Shown here: in pieces, positions 51,712-63,483 of the stretch
Numbering within the stretch: the stretch's first letter is position 1
Layout: each line of letters begins with the position of its first letter
From: Hydrolagus affinis
Taxonomy: Eukaryota
DNA length: 64,000 bases
NCBI GenBank assembly: GCA_012026655.1
Contig: JAAILG010001499.1
Coordinates: forward strand, 1 to 64,000
Reading direction: 5' to 3'
The notes under the pieces: model-generated
What the model saw: only the letters and a program-made list of their open reading frames with translations
Database searches by the model: none
Told to the model about the DNA's origin: nothing
Program-made: the position numbers and the translations under genes

Positions 51712-51770
51712 TTACAATAAATGCAATTTCTGCTAGCGCCTTTCACATTGGGAGGATGTCCCAAGGTGCT
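51712..51770 (-). mobile_element. L2 3' stem-loop-only insertion
   Basis: 51735-51770 is the reverse complement of 51324-51359 at 34/36 positions. Confidence 0.8.
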
Positions 51771-51921
51771 GAGCAACAGGCCAGTTGAGAGAAATATTTT
51801 CCATCTATTATATAACTCAAGAGCCAGTATCAATATCCAAACTTCCCTCTCAAAACTCTGAATATATTTATGTAGCAGAATGTCGGATAGAAGCTATGCA
51901 GCAGCTGATACTACATTGTCA

Positions 51922-51990
51922 GACTCATAACTGTTATTATTATAACTCATAACTGTTATTATTATAACTGTTGTATTATTATAACTATTG
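51922..51990. repeat. Short tandem duplication array (actcataactgttattattata unit, decaying)
   Basis: Two exact 22-bp units followed by degenerate partial units, directly 5' of a SINE. Confidence 0.8.
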
Positions 51991-51991
51991 C

Positions 51992-52297
51992 GGAGTCCTG
52001 TAGCTCAGTGGTTAGAGCACTCGCCTTACAAGCACGAGACCGGTGTTTGAATCCAAGCAGGGCAAAACCATGGGCAAGTTTCCTTACTCCACACAGCTAA
52101 TAATAATCCCTCAAAAATTTTATTAAATTGGTCATTTCACTCCACAACTGTGTGAGACACTGCTGTGTGCAATTGGCTGTCACATTTCTCCCACAAATAT
52201 ACAGTCAATTCGCTTTACAGTATATTCTGTGAAGCACTTTGAGATGTCTAGAAGACGTGAAAAGTGCTATATCAATTACAATTATTAATGTTATTAT
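51992..52297 (+). mobile_element. tRNA-Ala-derived SINE, full length (subfamily B)
   Basis: ggagtcctgtagctcagtggttagagcactcgcc..gtttgaatcc, shared body and tail. Confidence 0.92.
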
Positions 52298-52479
52298 CTG
52301 TTGTAATTAAGCACTCACATTTAAGTGTCAATTCAATGCAAGTTTGATAACTAGGATGTATTTGCTTTCTCTCATTTGAAAACAACTTGGATCTGAGAGA
52401 ACATAAATTTGCACCCTGGGATATGCTCCAGCTCTTCAAATGTGGATTTATACTGTGTCTCGTTGATGTGCACAATGAT

Positions 52480-52540
52480 GTATCCCTAAAATATACACAT
52501 TTGCACAAAAATATCCCTAAAATATACACATTTGCACAAA
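52480..52540. repeat. ~31-bp tandem duplication
   Basis: tatccctaaaatatacaca(t)ttgcacaaa occurs twice in tandem. Confidence 0.85.
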
Positions 52541-53019
52541 CAACTGTCTTCTTGACTCCCCACTGAATTCAGAAACACTGTGACATTAAAAGTGGTTGCA
52601 ATTTTATAAGATTTCCCTACTTTAGATAGTTTGTAAAAGAGCTCCACTATACTTGACCTTTGTTTTGAAAACCATCAGGTCCCATTGAATCCTTTAAAAG
52701 TGTGGCTCAGACTTTGGTATGAAAAATGCACTTAACATCTTACCATCACTGTTGTCAAGTGAATGTAATGGGGAGTCGCTCCATTGCATCAGCTGCAACT
52801 TAAACCTTCACGGCGTATTCGTCTGGCACTTTTTTTAAAAAAAAGTCTTTATTAAACTGGAATATAATGGCAAACGTGTATTGCTAGATGGAATCAATGT
52901 CATTGTTATTTATGCAACTGACTACCATCCTTACTCTTCTGGCAACAGAGTGACATCTATCCTCTATAACGAGTTTCCATCATATTACTCTATGGTTTTA
53001 ATAATGAGAGCTCGTCTCC

Positions 53020-53330
53020 TTCCCCCGAGCACCATCTACATTGGCATATAACTCTACAGGTATCCCTCACTTTACTTAGGTGGGTGGGGTATCTCAGATA
53101 AACACAATCCAGACATTACACACCACTACAAAGCACAGGTTTTCCAGGAAGAATCACAGGATGCAACCAGGCGCAAGAATTCCAATTTATTCCCTCCTTA
53201 ATCCAAAGAGGCTGAGGCTAATTGTGGTGCCCTGCAGCGGTCTCAGCTGAGATCACCTGAGCTAATTCAGCACAGAACAGGGTTCAAACCGTAGATTTTT
53301 CTGATCAGCAATGGCTCAGCCCCATTCCAA
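53020..53330 (-). mobile_element. Ancient SINE-like family X
   Basis: ttttccagga..ggctgaggctaattgtggtgccc..gctgagatcacctgagctaattcagcacagaacagggttcaaacc..tggctcag. Confidence 0.6.
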
Positions 53331-53768
53331 TCATCGGTCGTGGATTTTTAATTGGTTACTTGCTCTTTTGTTAAGACTTAATTCTTACTCAGCAAGTCAC
53401 ATCCTTCAAACCAGAACACTCGGCCAAGAGTCAGGAATAGAGCTACCAATTAAGCACATTGAAAGCCATTATCATTACTGACTCCATTAGAGAATTCATT
53501 TAAGTCGAGCGACAGAGGATGCAGCTTGACCTTTTTGCCTTTAGCTTACAAGCAGCATTCGAGTAATTTGCAAACCAATTCAAAGAGAATATCAGAGAGC
53601 TCTGCACACCTGTGACGTGAAGAACCTTTCATTTTGGTTATCAAAAAGTGTGTTTGTGTCTGCGTCCGCACAAATCTCTTGTCCCATGAGCTGACAGAAA
53701 TCTTACCTTTGGGACAATATAATAAAGCAGTACTGTTGCCTCCAAGGGCAATTAGTATTAATTTGAAA

Positions 53769-54093
53769 TAGGATCCGGCAATATCAAAATTTTCCGATAT
53801 CGATATATCGTTGTGGGTTTTTTGTCCTGTGCATGCGCGTACATTCGGAGGTGCGCGCGTATGTGGGGGTGCGTGCACATTCCGGTGTGCGCGCGCATTC
53901 GGATATCGACAAGGTAAGTTGAAAAAGTCCACATTATACCAATATAACCGATATATCGCTGGACACGATATACCGATATATCGATTTTTTAAATATATCG
54001 AATTTTTTGATATATCGATATATTTGAATTTCCAATATCAGCATATCGATATGAAAAATTATACCGATATAACCGATATATCGCCGGACACTA
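53769..54093. mobile_element. Non-autonomous hAT-like MITE (325 bp, second copy)
   Basis: TAGGATCCGGCAATAT...ATATCGCCGGACACTA, 8-bp TSD atttgaaa/ctttgaaa (7/8); colinear with 34305-34657. Confidence 0.88.
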
Positions 54094-54207
54094 CTTTGAA
54101 ATTTGACACACCGCTATAGACAGGTAAATGATTGTCACTGCCCATGTGAACAAAGTGTGTTGGCCAGTTGGAGGAATGTGGGGGGGAAAACAGAAAGTAG
54201 CAGGCTT

Positions 54208-54525
54208 TAATAATAATAATAATAATCCTTGCATCTGATATTCCACTTCTCACCTCTTATCGACATCTCAAAGCACTTCACAGAATATATTGTAATGTGA
54301 ATTGACTGTATATTTGTGGGTGAAACGCAGCAGCCAATTGCGCACAGGAGTGTCCCACAAATAGTCGTGGAATGAAATGACCAATTTTATTATTTTTGGG
54401 GGGATTATTATTAAGCATGTGGAGTAAGGAAACTTGCCCAAGGTTTCACCCTGACCTGCCTGGATTCGAACACAGGTCTCATGCTTGTAAGGCAAGTGCT
54501 CTAACCACTGAGCTACAGGAGCTCC
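54208..54525 (-). mobile_element. tRNA-Ala-derived SINE, full length (subfamily A)
   Basis: Head ctaaccactgagctacaggagctcc, B-box ggattcgaac, (TTA)n tail. Confidence 0.93.
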
Positions 54526-55184
54526 AAAAGAGCTTTGAATCTGTTTGCAAAATACTCGAATGCTGCTTGCTTATAAGCTGAGGGCAAATAACCAAATCAC
54601 TCCAGACAGGCTAGCAACGTGATCAGCCATGGTCAAATGGGGGAAATAAATAAACAAGTCTGCCTCATTAAACTGGGCTGAAATCAAATGCAAATTCCCT
54701 AACATGAAAGGATATGGAAAACGAGTCTAAAAATAACTTGAGCAAGTGCAAGCATAGACTTTTGGTGCTGGAACTGTATCACAGTACTTAAAGACCTTAA
54801 ACTGGAGATGGTCAATGTTATTTTTTTTTTAAAATAGCATTTTTCTCTGCATCCCTGCTCCCACTGATGTGCACTCCACCTTTTAATCTGTTCCCAAATT
54901 GACAGCTCCCGTACTATTTATTTTGTGAATACTCTACTTTGCTTCAGTGTTTAGAACTTGTCGTCGTTCTTCCTTGGGATTCATTCATTCATTAGAGAAA
55001 AACAACACACACACAAGGGTGGTAGAACATTTGTACAGTGAAGGTCTGTTATGTGGGCAAAGAGCAAGAGTCAGAGGTGAGAGAGGGGAAGGAAAGGATG
55101 GAGAGAGAGGGAGAGGAAGGAAGTAAGAGAGAGAGAGAGGGAGAGAGGAAGGTGTGGGGTGGGGGAGCTAGAGAAAATTATTCA

Positions 55185-55360
55185 AATTGGTCATTTCAAT
55201 CCATGACCGTCTGTGGGACACTGCTGTGCATAATTGGATGTCGCGTTTCGCCCACAAATATACAATCAATTCACTTTACAATATATTCTGTGATGTGCTT
55301 TGAGACGTCTACAAGACGTGAAAAGCGCGATATCAACTGCAGGGATTATTATTATTATTA
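55185..55360 (+). mobile_element. 5'-truncated young SINE, followed by an older Deu-type tail (about 55405-55545)
   Basis: ttggtcatttcaatcc..gtgggacactgctgtgc..ggattattattattat. Confidence 0.85.
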
Positions 55361-58300
55361 TCTACTGCTTCTGCCTTCAATGGCCCAATTATCCTTCCCA
55401 CTGTTCATGGGACATTGAAGTGCATAATTGGGCTGCCATGCTCATCTACAAATACAGTCACTTCACTTTGCAATAAATCCTGTGGTGCACTTTGGAATCC
55501 ACCCAAAGTGAAAGGTGCTATGCCAAATAAAATATTGTTATTATTCAATACAGTATGTCAAACTCAAATGTTTACCAGATATTTTCACTCCCTGTTTCTT
55601 GAATTCTTATCTCCCTGCTTTCATCCTATGTTTATCTCGTCAAAAGAAAATCACAAAACATTTCTAAAATTCCGTCATTTTGGTTTGTGATTTATTTTCA
55701 AATTTTCTTTAAAGTTATTGCACTCAAAAACCAACACTGGACAGAACAGTAGTCAATCTCCAACAGACATGGATTAATGCTTCCCTAATCTTTAAATTAT
55801 GTAAATATGTTGTTTCTTTCGCTTCTGAGTGCATTTGACAAAGTCTGGATCCACACAATAAAATGAGAGCTTCTGTTGTTTGTTCCCTTTACATCAGAAC
55901 CTGATCAGCAAGATAATGCACCATTAAATGCATTGTGCCAAGGTACCCCAAAGGAATACTGAAACATGCATTTAGCTTGTAAAACTAGAGAAAAAGCAGG
56001 AAAATCTATTTTGAACCTCAACAAATGCTTCCATTTCTGCTTTGTGCGTGCATAAAACACTTCTCTTTTCAATTACCTTCGAGCGATAACTATTAGTTTT
56101 GAAGCCTGAGAAAATTGGGTTTCAGGGCAGAATCTGAAAGGACATCCCTTTTATTTCAAATCACTTTTAAAAAGTTGAGCTGAAGGAATTTTTTGTAGCA
56201 GCAAAACAGATCTATGATTTTAATGCGATTTCCTGAATCACCACCTCAAATTTGAAAGCCATCAATAAACGTCAGAATACTTCTGGGAGAAGTCAGTCAT
56301 ACAACATATTGAAGGTAATTTGTTTTAATGTAGGTCACCTTGGCTTATGAAAACTCTTATCTTTATTGAATTATCAACTGCTTTTCAGCTCATGCAATTA
56401 GTCCAGTTTTACTCATTTACACATAGCAATTGCGAGAAAACATTCCCTCTAAATAGCTGATGTGAAGTTGTACAGCTTTACCTGCAGTTCAGTTTGGAAT
56501 ATGTCCAAAGTTCTGTAAATCTGTGAAATTTACCTCATTCTCTCTTATCCCCGAAATAATCTGGACTTGCCCTGAATGAACACGTCTTTTTTACGCTAAG
56601 ATATTCAAACATAGAGTATAATTGATTTGTTTCAAGCAAATCCCATCAGAACTAAGCAGTTTGAACAAGTTTGTACTTTATATTATATGTGAGTAAGTTT
56701 TTTCTCTGAAGGAGTCCTGAAGGGATCATCCCAAACTCCAATAACTGGCTGACCTGACCTACAAATCTTCATTAACTCAATTTAATAGTAGCTCTCAAAC
56801 TACCAAGCTCCTGACTGATTAAAAATCAGATTTGAAAAGATGAAATTGTGTTCAAGAAAAATGGTCCCAAAGAGAGGGCAGAATGGTCACATCCAACAAT
56901 AACAGTATTAAGTGTACCAGTTGTGCTCCTGTAACAGTATCTTGAGAAAATAGGACTGATATGTTCCTGCAGTACAAATGGCCATTTATGCAGACATCAT
57001 AACAGCTGTTAAACAGGAACCAAATAAATAATTGCTGAATTAAAGGGCGTGAGGAAGAGAAGTGGAAATTGAAAAAGTGGGAGTTCCAGGGGGATAGCAG
57101 GCACCGGTGCAGACATGCTGAATAATGTCCTCCTTCTGTGCTTTTTATTAGTTTAGTAAATCTTACTAAAAAAAAGTACTGAACATCCATCTCAGAGGAA
57201 GCTTCTGTCTCCACTCAGCCTCTGAAGAGGGGCACATATCTATAAATGGCTAAAATACAAATCTGTGGCGGTGTTACAATGTGGAACAAAAAAAAAGCTT
57301 GAAATCTGATTTAAAAAAAACAATCCCAGTAGCTACACTGAAAAAAAAAGATTCAGATTTCAGTAAAATATTTAGTCTTGCTGTGGCAGAATGATCAACA
57401 TTCACAAATCCCAATCCTTTCACAAAGCAAATTGCGGCACCTCAGAGCAATATTGGCTCAGCTACCCTCAATAAATTGTCTGATTTCATCATTCTGTTGG
57501 CAAAATAATTTGGACAATTTATTCCTCAGCATGTACCAGCCACAAACCCAGAGAGAATTCTTATTTTTCTTTCAAAAAGAATAACAATTTTTCCAAGTTC
57601 TCTTGTATTTATATTGAACACTGCCATCTCTGTAAGTGAGGTAGATCTCAGCACAACAAAAACCATTGCCTGCAGAGGTCTGAGCCATAAGGAGAAATCA
57701 TGTTAGACATTGGACAGCCAGGGATTAGTACATTTATGTTGACCTGCTAGCATCACACTGAATGTCTAATTGTTTTAGCATTCTCACCGAGCAAGGTTTT
57801 TCATTAACAAGTGATTTACTTTCTGTCAGCTGCCACCTCCAACTCAAACACTTCTCTCTCTCCATCACAGTCATGAAATCTTTCATCTTTATTGGATTCA
57901 AGATCAGTGATTATTTGTTTGCATGAAATAATTGTCTTCAGCATTTTAAGCAGATATTTCCTTTGCATGCTTATTACCTCTTTTCCCCTCTATTCTATGA
58001 TGAGAAGTCAGACAGACAACTCGCTTCCAGATTTTTGCCAATGTTACTCTCCATGAAAGAAACTAAAAAGTAAGAAAAACTGCACTGAGTAACGCCACCG
58101 GCAACTACATCCAAGATGTAAGATTCTGGGTGGAAATTACAATTTAACTTCAAAGCCAAAGTCAAATTTGCTCATCCCCACTGGCTACAACACAACTACA
58201 AAATCCATTGCAGTAATTATTTGCCTAAGTTACGGATCTCACTTCCTGCATAGACATAATTCCAAAGCAGTTAAACTTTTGCTTGCCAATGGCAGTCTTA

Positions 58301-60974
58301 CTTTGATTAAAAGCCTCGCGAATTCCTGCTCTGCACATCTCAAAAACACTGGAGGGTCCTTTGCAATGAAATTAAATCAGCTGCACACAAAGCTCATCTT
58401 AAGTTAATAACAAATTGCTCAACAAAATACATTAAACCCTCAGTAAAATGACAAAAAAAAGAGCCATTCAAAACTCCACTATGTGCTAAAGTAACTTGTC
58501 TAGGTTGTGGGAAGATGGTATAATCAATTTGTAAATATTCCAAGGTTCAATTCTTTTGGACATGATCTTTTCTCTAAATGACTGATCCCTGAAGCACAGT
58601 TTCGCTATCATGGATGTAACCCCGATCTCCAAACCTGCCTCTAACTGTTCATCCAAGGCAATGGCACACTCGCCTGCTCAGTGTAATTCAAAAACGGCTA
58701 AGTCAGTGGAATGCCTAGATCCAGGAATTTTTGTGTTACACGAATGAATCCACAAATAATGACACATGTGTACAATAAATTAAATAATGGGCAACTCTAA
58801 ATACAGATGGGACCAGGGCCTTGAAATATCTAAGATGCAAGACTCCAGATGAAAATTGCCAATTCTGTTTAAGACCCAGTGACCTCATCATCCCACAACA
58901 GCTGAGAGACTGCCTGTAAATACTTCAGGATGTCATCCTAACCTAATTTAGATCTACAACCCAGCCATGGATCCCGGCTGTATTCTGAACAGTAATGGTA
59001 TCACATAGTTTGGGAGTGGAAAGTGGGGGGTGAGGGAGAGAAAGAGGGGGAAAAAAATCACCTATTTTCTCCAACCAAACTGCCAGTTAGTGTTGAAATG
59101 CTGACAGTATAGGAAGGTCATACTAGACAGTTTTATATAATTCCGCATTAGAAGAAGATAATGAACAGATATCAGAGTTAGCCTTTGACATTCACGGTGC
59201 TGTTGCCATTATCAGTGGAATTCAAGGAGCTACACAGTACAGTAGTTGTTTTAAAAAAACAAGAATGCCCAATTGGTTCTTAACTTCCTTCAGTTTGGAG
59301 CTGTCCTTTAATAATATATAGCAGTAACATGAAATAGAGTGCAGCTACAGGAGGAATTACTTTTGCTAAAAGAAACTTGCTTTCACACTTCTATTATTGC
59401 AAGCACAATACATTCAATTGCATGATAATAGAAATACAACTTTAATTAAGGCCTTCAGCTATAAACCATTTACTCAAAGGCTACATGAGTGACCGCACAA
59501 TTGCAAAGCCTAAGAGAATTATAATATTTTGACGACTATTATAATTTAAGGGACAATGTTTATCTTACAGTTACATAACTACAGTCAATATTTGATAAGA
59601 CAGAATATTGTTTTGCATAAATTATGGGCTGAGCTACAGCAGTCTTTCTTCAGTTCACCCCTAATGTCACACTAACAGTTCTTATTCATTGATATTTATC
59701 AGTGGGCAATAATGGAAACTATTTAGATTCACAATAGCTGTCCAGATAGCTCTGGTTATTACTGCAGCCTAAGGGAAGAACAAAAAGGACTATTTTTTCA
59801 TAGAGTGCTTATTGAGGATTAACCAGTTGTATTTTCCAAATATTACAACCAGAGGAGGAGAGAAAATAGAAATGATGCGGCGAAAAAAAACACATGGGAG
59901 AGATAAACAGAAAACATGAAAAGCAAGAACAAAAGTCAACAATACAGTCTTTACAAATTAGCAAAATGTGCTTTTATATATTTTTATATATTCTTAGGAA
60001 AAACTAGCAAATACCCCGCCCGTACATCTGAATAACTTGGATTCAGTGAGTGCTATTATAAAGTAGAAAGCGGATGATCTTGAGATTCGTACAAGATGCA
60101 TTTTCTTTGTACAAATTGTCCAAACGTGTACTTGTAAACAGCAAGTACCAAATGTACAATTTCAATGTTTTTCTAAATTCTGTTCAAGGTCAAATTTCCT
60201 GTTTACAGATTTTAATAAACATTCTTGCATTAATTTGCTAAAATAAATTCAGAATTGAAATAGATATTCCAAAATCCTGCACAATTGTAACTTTTAAAAC
60301 AATTAAGCTAAGACTAGGTGAAATTTGGGGCCTCTAGAGGCCCACAGTGTTATTAATGATATGGGGAAACTGGTTAAAATTACATTTTAGAACCCCATTG
60401 CAGACAATAAATTCAATCTGTTCAGATTTCCAGCATTCACTGGTTTTTTTAATTAAAAAGCTCAAACCAAAATCTAGTTATTTACATGTTAGATCAAAGC
60501 TTTTTTTTAAAAAAAGAATCAATGTTTTGATTAAAAAAAGGTTTTTAATAAATATCCACTATTATGAAAGTCAGCTTGATCATCTCCTTAAGGTATGTCA
60601 GCGAAAATCTTCACAACCATAGCACTCGATAATCTCCCCACCCACAGGCCAAAAAAAAGGTTAATTCAAAATACACAAAACACTCAGCAGCTCAAATGCA
60701 GCATACAGACACCCAAAGCATTCACATAACATCTGTGGGCAGATGCTCAACTTCACATGTTCACTCATTTATGCTAAAGACACTCGTTACATGCACATGC
60801 CTGCAGCCCGTGGATTATTCACCTTAACAATTCACAACGTAAAGGGCAAGATAGCTTCTGGTTCAGCTTTTTTTTCTAAAAAAAAGAACATTTATCTGGG
60901 AAAACAACATTTGTTTCATAAACTAAAAGATGCTTCATTACAAAGACTCATTAAAAAAGCAAACTGAAATGTAA

Positions 60975-61140
60975 TACTAATAATCCTTGAATTTGATATA
61001 GCAGCTTATCACATCTTTGAGAGGTCTCAAAGCCCTTCACTGGAAGTAAATTGACCGTACATTTTGTTGGAAAAATGCGTTGGTAGAGATCAGAGCTATT
61101 TAATGAAGCAGTGTCTCAGCTCTCTAATTGGTCACTGGCA
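60975..61140 (-). mobile_element. Degenerate SINE 3' fragment
   Basis: taataatccttgaatttgatatagc..tctcaaagcccttcac..aaattgaccgtacatttt. Confidence 0.65.
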
Positions 61141-61533
61141 GCACACAATTATACAACTAAATGGGTCAGTTCAACAGATATATAAGAAAGGGAAATGGGT
61201 CCTGGCTAAAGCAGGAGAAATGAATTTATACTGTACAGTACTATGTTTGACATGCTAAACAGATGCCAAATGTATCAGAATTCGAAAAAGCCCAGTGTCA
61301 TTTCTCAAAAAACACTTCAGTTCACTCAAAAGGTAGCATTCATAGCCAACCAGCAAGATGGTCAAAGTAGCAACTCAACTGCCACTTCATCGTGCAAAGA
61401 CTCTGCGAGTTGTTGATTTATGTACTATATGTATGCATTTGTTCATAATGTTGGTCACTCAAGCTCACAAGCCCAGAGCATTAGAATTTTTGTTGGTAGA
61501 GGTATATACTCTGTTCATCATTGGACAGCAAGC

Positions 61534-62520
61534 TAATAATAATAATATTAATAATAATACTTGCATTTGATATAGCGCTTTTCAAGTCTTGAGACGTCTC
61601 AAATCGCTTCACAGAATATACTGTAAAGTGAATTGACTATATACAGTATATATATATATATATATATATATCCACCGGCAAATCTGGCTGGACCGCATCA
61701 AATTTTACCGCTCCGCCCTAGCCACCGCCAAATCAGCCTTCTACTCCAGGATAATCCTGGAAGCGAAGGACAACCACCGCCTCCTCTTCGCCACCACCAA
61801 CCAGCTCCTCCTCACGGCTGGAATACGGAAACTCTCTCCTCGTCGGCCTCCCCAGTTCCTCCATTCACAGGCTGCAGGTCATTCAAAACTCTGCAGCCCG
61901 TGTACTATCCCGCACCCGCCTCCGCGACCACATAACCCCCACCCTTGCCTGTCTCCACTGGCTCCCCATCCTCCAGAGGATCGAGTTCAAGATCCTTGTC
62001 CTCATTTTCAAAGCCTTACACGGCCTTGCCCCGCCCTATTTAACCTATCTACTCTCCCCCTATAAGCCCACCCGGACCCTCTGTTCAGCAGGAATTGGCT
62101 TGCTCCAAGCCCCCCGCCCGAACCGCCCCACCATCGGAGGCCGGGCCTTCAGTTTCTCCGCACCCACCCTGTGGAATTCCATCCCCCAATCCCTCCGCCT
62201 TGTTTTTTCCCTTTCCTCTTTCAAGGCCAGTTTGAAGACTTTCCTCTTCGACCGTGTCTTTTGTTCCCCCCCGAATTTTTTGACTTCCCCTACGTGTTTC
62301 ACCCCTTCCCGAACACCCCCCTCCCAGCTTGGGTCACACGCGTCCTGTGCAGCGCCTTAGGACGTCCTCCCGACATGAAAGGCGCTTTATAAGTTTAAGT
62401 TGTTGTTGTTGTTGTTGTTGTTGTGAGTGAAAAGCAGCAGCCAATTGCGTGCAGTTTATTATTGTTTTTTGTCAAGGGATTATTATTAGGCGTGTGGGGT
62501 AAGGAAACTTGCCCAAGGTT
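61534..62520 (-). mobile_element. Young SINE (head missing) interrupted by an L2 insertion
   Basis: Tail and body at 61534-61643; the SINE resumes at about 62421 (ttgtgagtgaaaagcagcagccaattgcg) and runs to aacttgcccaaggtt. Confidence 0.85.
61670..62423 (+). mobile_element. Young L2 LINE with the RT domain internally deleted
   Basis: IHRQIWLDRIKFYRSALATAKSAFYSRIILEAKDNHRLLFATTNQLL (EN-RT linker) is fused to SRLEYGNSLLVGLP..QNSAARVL..HITPTLACLHWLP..GGRAFSFSAPTLWNSIP..LKTFLF, then a stem-loop and (TTG)n tail. Confidence 0.92.
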
Positions 62521-63147
62521 TGAGTGTGAAAGAGAGCTTCTGTGTTTGTTCTAGCAGGGAGACAAGAATATCAGAGGGAAAATTGAGACATCAAGTCCGG
62601 CATCACTTTGCCCTTGAAGTTTCTAAAATTCTGCCGGCAAATTATTTCAATTCAGAAAAACGGGTATGGAAACACACTGCTCATGGTTAAGTAGTTATTG
62701 AACTTTCATTGAACACATCAAAAAACAAATCATGATGCCTGGGCATTAGGAAAATAGACTTGCAAAACTAAGATGAGACTGAAAGGTAGGGGTAGTTCCA
62801 GAGTTTAGGGAAGTACTGTAATGGCTAAAGGCTTGGATTCTGATGAGAACAAAGTTCTGGATCACAATGTACCGAGGTGAAACACAGAGTAAGTAGAGGA
62901 TGGTAACTCATCCAGGGCTAGGTAAGAGTGAGAAGGGAAAATCAGCCTTCTGATCACTGCAGCTCACTACAGTGTTTAGGGATTTCTCATTAAAACCACA
63001 TGGGCCTTTAAGGACTTTGGGATTTGTCTTAGTTATTATTACTCTTTCCATGCCACACCACCACTGTTCCAGTCACATAGGCTACAAACACACACACTGC
63101 CAATGCTTACGCACTAAGTTATTATATTATTATTAGGGTGCTGGAAG

Positions 63148-63483
63148 GGTTACAGCTCGATAGTTCAAAGGTTCGTTAATCCAAAGGTTCATTAGTCCGA
63201 AGGTTCGTTAGTCCGAAGCTTCCCCTAACCCTAACCCTGACAGTAACCCTAACTCTAAAATTTGGACTAATGAACCAAATTCATTAGACTATCGCACTAA
63301 ATGTTCGGATTAACGAACCTTATTTTCGGACTATCGAGCGGAAACCACGGTAACCACCCCCAGGTATAGGAAATTTGTGTGTTTGGACTATCGAACCTTC
63401 GGACTATCGAACCTTCGGACTACCAAGGTATAGGAAATTTGTGTGTTCGGACTATCGAACCTTCGGACTATCGAGTGTCCCCC
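63148..63483. mobile_element. Foldback-type DNA element with GG..CC ends, 14-bp subterminal repeats and internal CCCTAA repeats (MULE- or Merlin-like; superfamily uncertain)
   Basis: Left (ttcgttagtccgaagg)-type repeats are inverted relative to right (ttcggactatcgaacc)-type repeats; flanking direct repeat gctggaag/actggaag (63140-63147, 63484-63491). Confidence 0.8.

Noticed and set aside
55075-55170. Purine-rich (GA)n stretch producing an E/R/G-rich ORF
   Set aside because: Low-complexity simple repeat fused to a SINE fragment.
60328-60343. Perfect 16-bp palindrome gggcctctagaggccc
   Set aside because: About one such palindrome is expected by chance in 64 kb (64000/4^8).
63360-63475. Repeat-spacer-like pattern resembling a CRISPR array
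   Set aside because: Eukaryotic context, the 'spacers' are identical duplicates and there are no cas genes; these are transposon subterminal repeats.
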